Source of the DNA: Candidatus Poribacteria bacterium
Lineage (GTDB): Bacteria > Poribacteria > WGA-4E > JAJDTR01
Reading direction: 5' to 3'
NCBI GenBank assembly: GCA_965222225.1
Contig: CBDCTK010000002.1
Location: 96,001-160,000 of the forward strand
DNA length: 64,000 nucleotides
Positions 63,448 to 64,000 of this stretch are shown here, in pieces. The position numbers were made by a program, and so were the translations under genes. How positions within the stretch are numbered: the first letter of the stretch is position 1; each line of letters starts with the position of its first letter. A model generated the notes under the pieces. The model was not told the DNA's origin, ran no database searches, and worked only from the letters and a program-made list of their open reading frames with translations.

Positions 63448-63633
63448 GGTGGATTAACGTGACTCAAGACGCTACCCGTTCCGGTAGGTAGGGATCAAGT
63501 GACTGAATAAGGAGCGATCAACCGAGTGAATAACGAGGGCGATAGAGTTCCCATGGAAATCTCTTCCAGCCCGACCCACTTAATAGGTAACGCTGCAGAC
63601 CGGGAGAATGTGAGTTAAATCGAGTCATTTACC
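63448..63633 (+). ncRNA. Candidate ~186-nt rod-like structured RNA
   Basis: Series of nested complementary segments with several G-U pairs on the + strand, folded by eye; family unknown. Confidence 0.3.
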
Positions 63634-63730
63634 GCTCGTCGTGGATAGCCAGATCCACTGCATTATGTGAGGGATAGGTTGGATATGCCTATCCAATCTG
63701 AAAAGAATCAGTAGAACTTCCTCTACACGG

Positions 63731-64000
63731 TTACCTGTCCGCGTCATCTTCAGTGATTGCACCAATGCGACAAATTCTTTTGAACCCGCAATAGCGACAG
63801 ACATCCTTTGGGTCGTGAGGTGTTAAGGGGAATTGACCGTTAGAAATCGAAGAGACATACTCTGAAACGTACAATACTGACCGATCGATTACGGATTGGA
63901 TTGTTTCCCCTTCGTAATCAAAATCTGGCGATAATGGGTGGCGTTTCGAGTTGGAGTTGGTAGGCAATAATTGGTGATTATTCGGATGTGCTTTGAACGC
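63731..64000 (-). CDS. C-terminus of an AddB/RecB-like PD-(D/E)xK nuclease protein (partial)
   Basis: G.FPLTP...CRYCGFKRICR Fe-S-type motif; frame open to the window edge. Confidence 0.75.
   Translation of the reverse strand, partial: AFKAHPNNHQLLPTNSNSKRHPLSPDFDYEGETIQSVIDRSVLYVSEYVSSISNGQFPLTPHDPKDVCRYCGFKRICRIGAITEDDADR

Overview
Bacterial chromosomal window, probably from Candidatus Poribacteria. That assignment is inferred from C-terminal AVxxxxRLxTxWGxVK tails, an expanded SBP family and a PhyH gene. (1) 1-15.7 kb is a decaying defence/accessory island. It holds scattered relics of a SNF2-helicase(DUF3883)/DUF1156-methylase/DUF499-ATPase module, a complete IS982-type element, an intact 1344-aa TPR-GreA/B-C-PIN protein, a frameshifted Zn-ribbon/PD-(D/E)xK protein, toxin-antitoxin genes and relics, and a small array of TolB-like propellers. 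(2) 15.8-27 kb is a tandem array of nine paralogous lipoprotein genes sharing one leader. Seven are LivK/LivJ-type binding proteins (two of them pseudogenes). The last three genes also share an acidic DDG...GSN tail and a long downstream hairpin, but carry different payloads: a cytochrome P460-like heme domain, an SBP, or only DDG repeats. This cassette-like family is the most unusual thing in the window. (3) 27-40.6 kb holds nucleoside-type ABC permeases (one broken), a REC-PAS histidine kinase with a sigma54 activator, a sigma54 promoter with candidate enhancer boxes, an ABC exporter with an internal repeat insertion, and a CBM9/DUF5916 outer-membrane protein. (4) 40.8-64 kb is mostly core: asd, DnaJ-type chaperone, aspC, apt, tRNA-Arg(CCT), secDF, a two-component pair, PhyH, an M14 peptidase with a nonsense codon, secreted and lipoproteins, an M23-YkgJ-DUF2156-ThiN operon, a thioesterase-like gene, a candidate structured RNA and a partial AddB-like nuclease. 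No CRISPR array, reverse transcriptase or integrase was seen. Family assignments come from motif recognition, not database searches.
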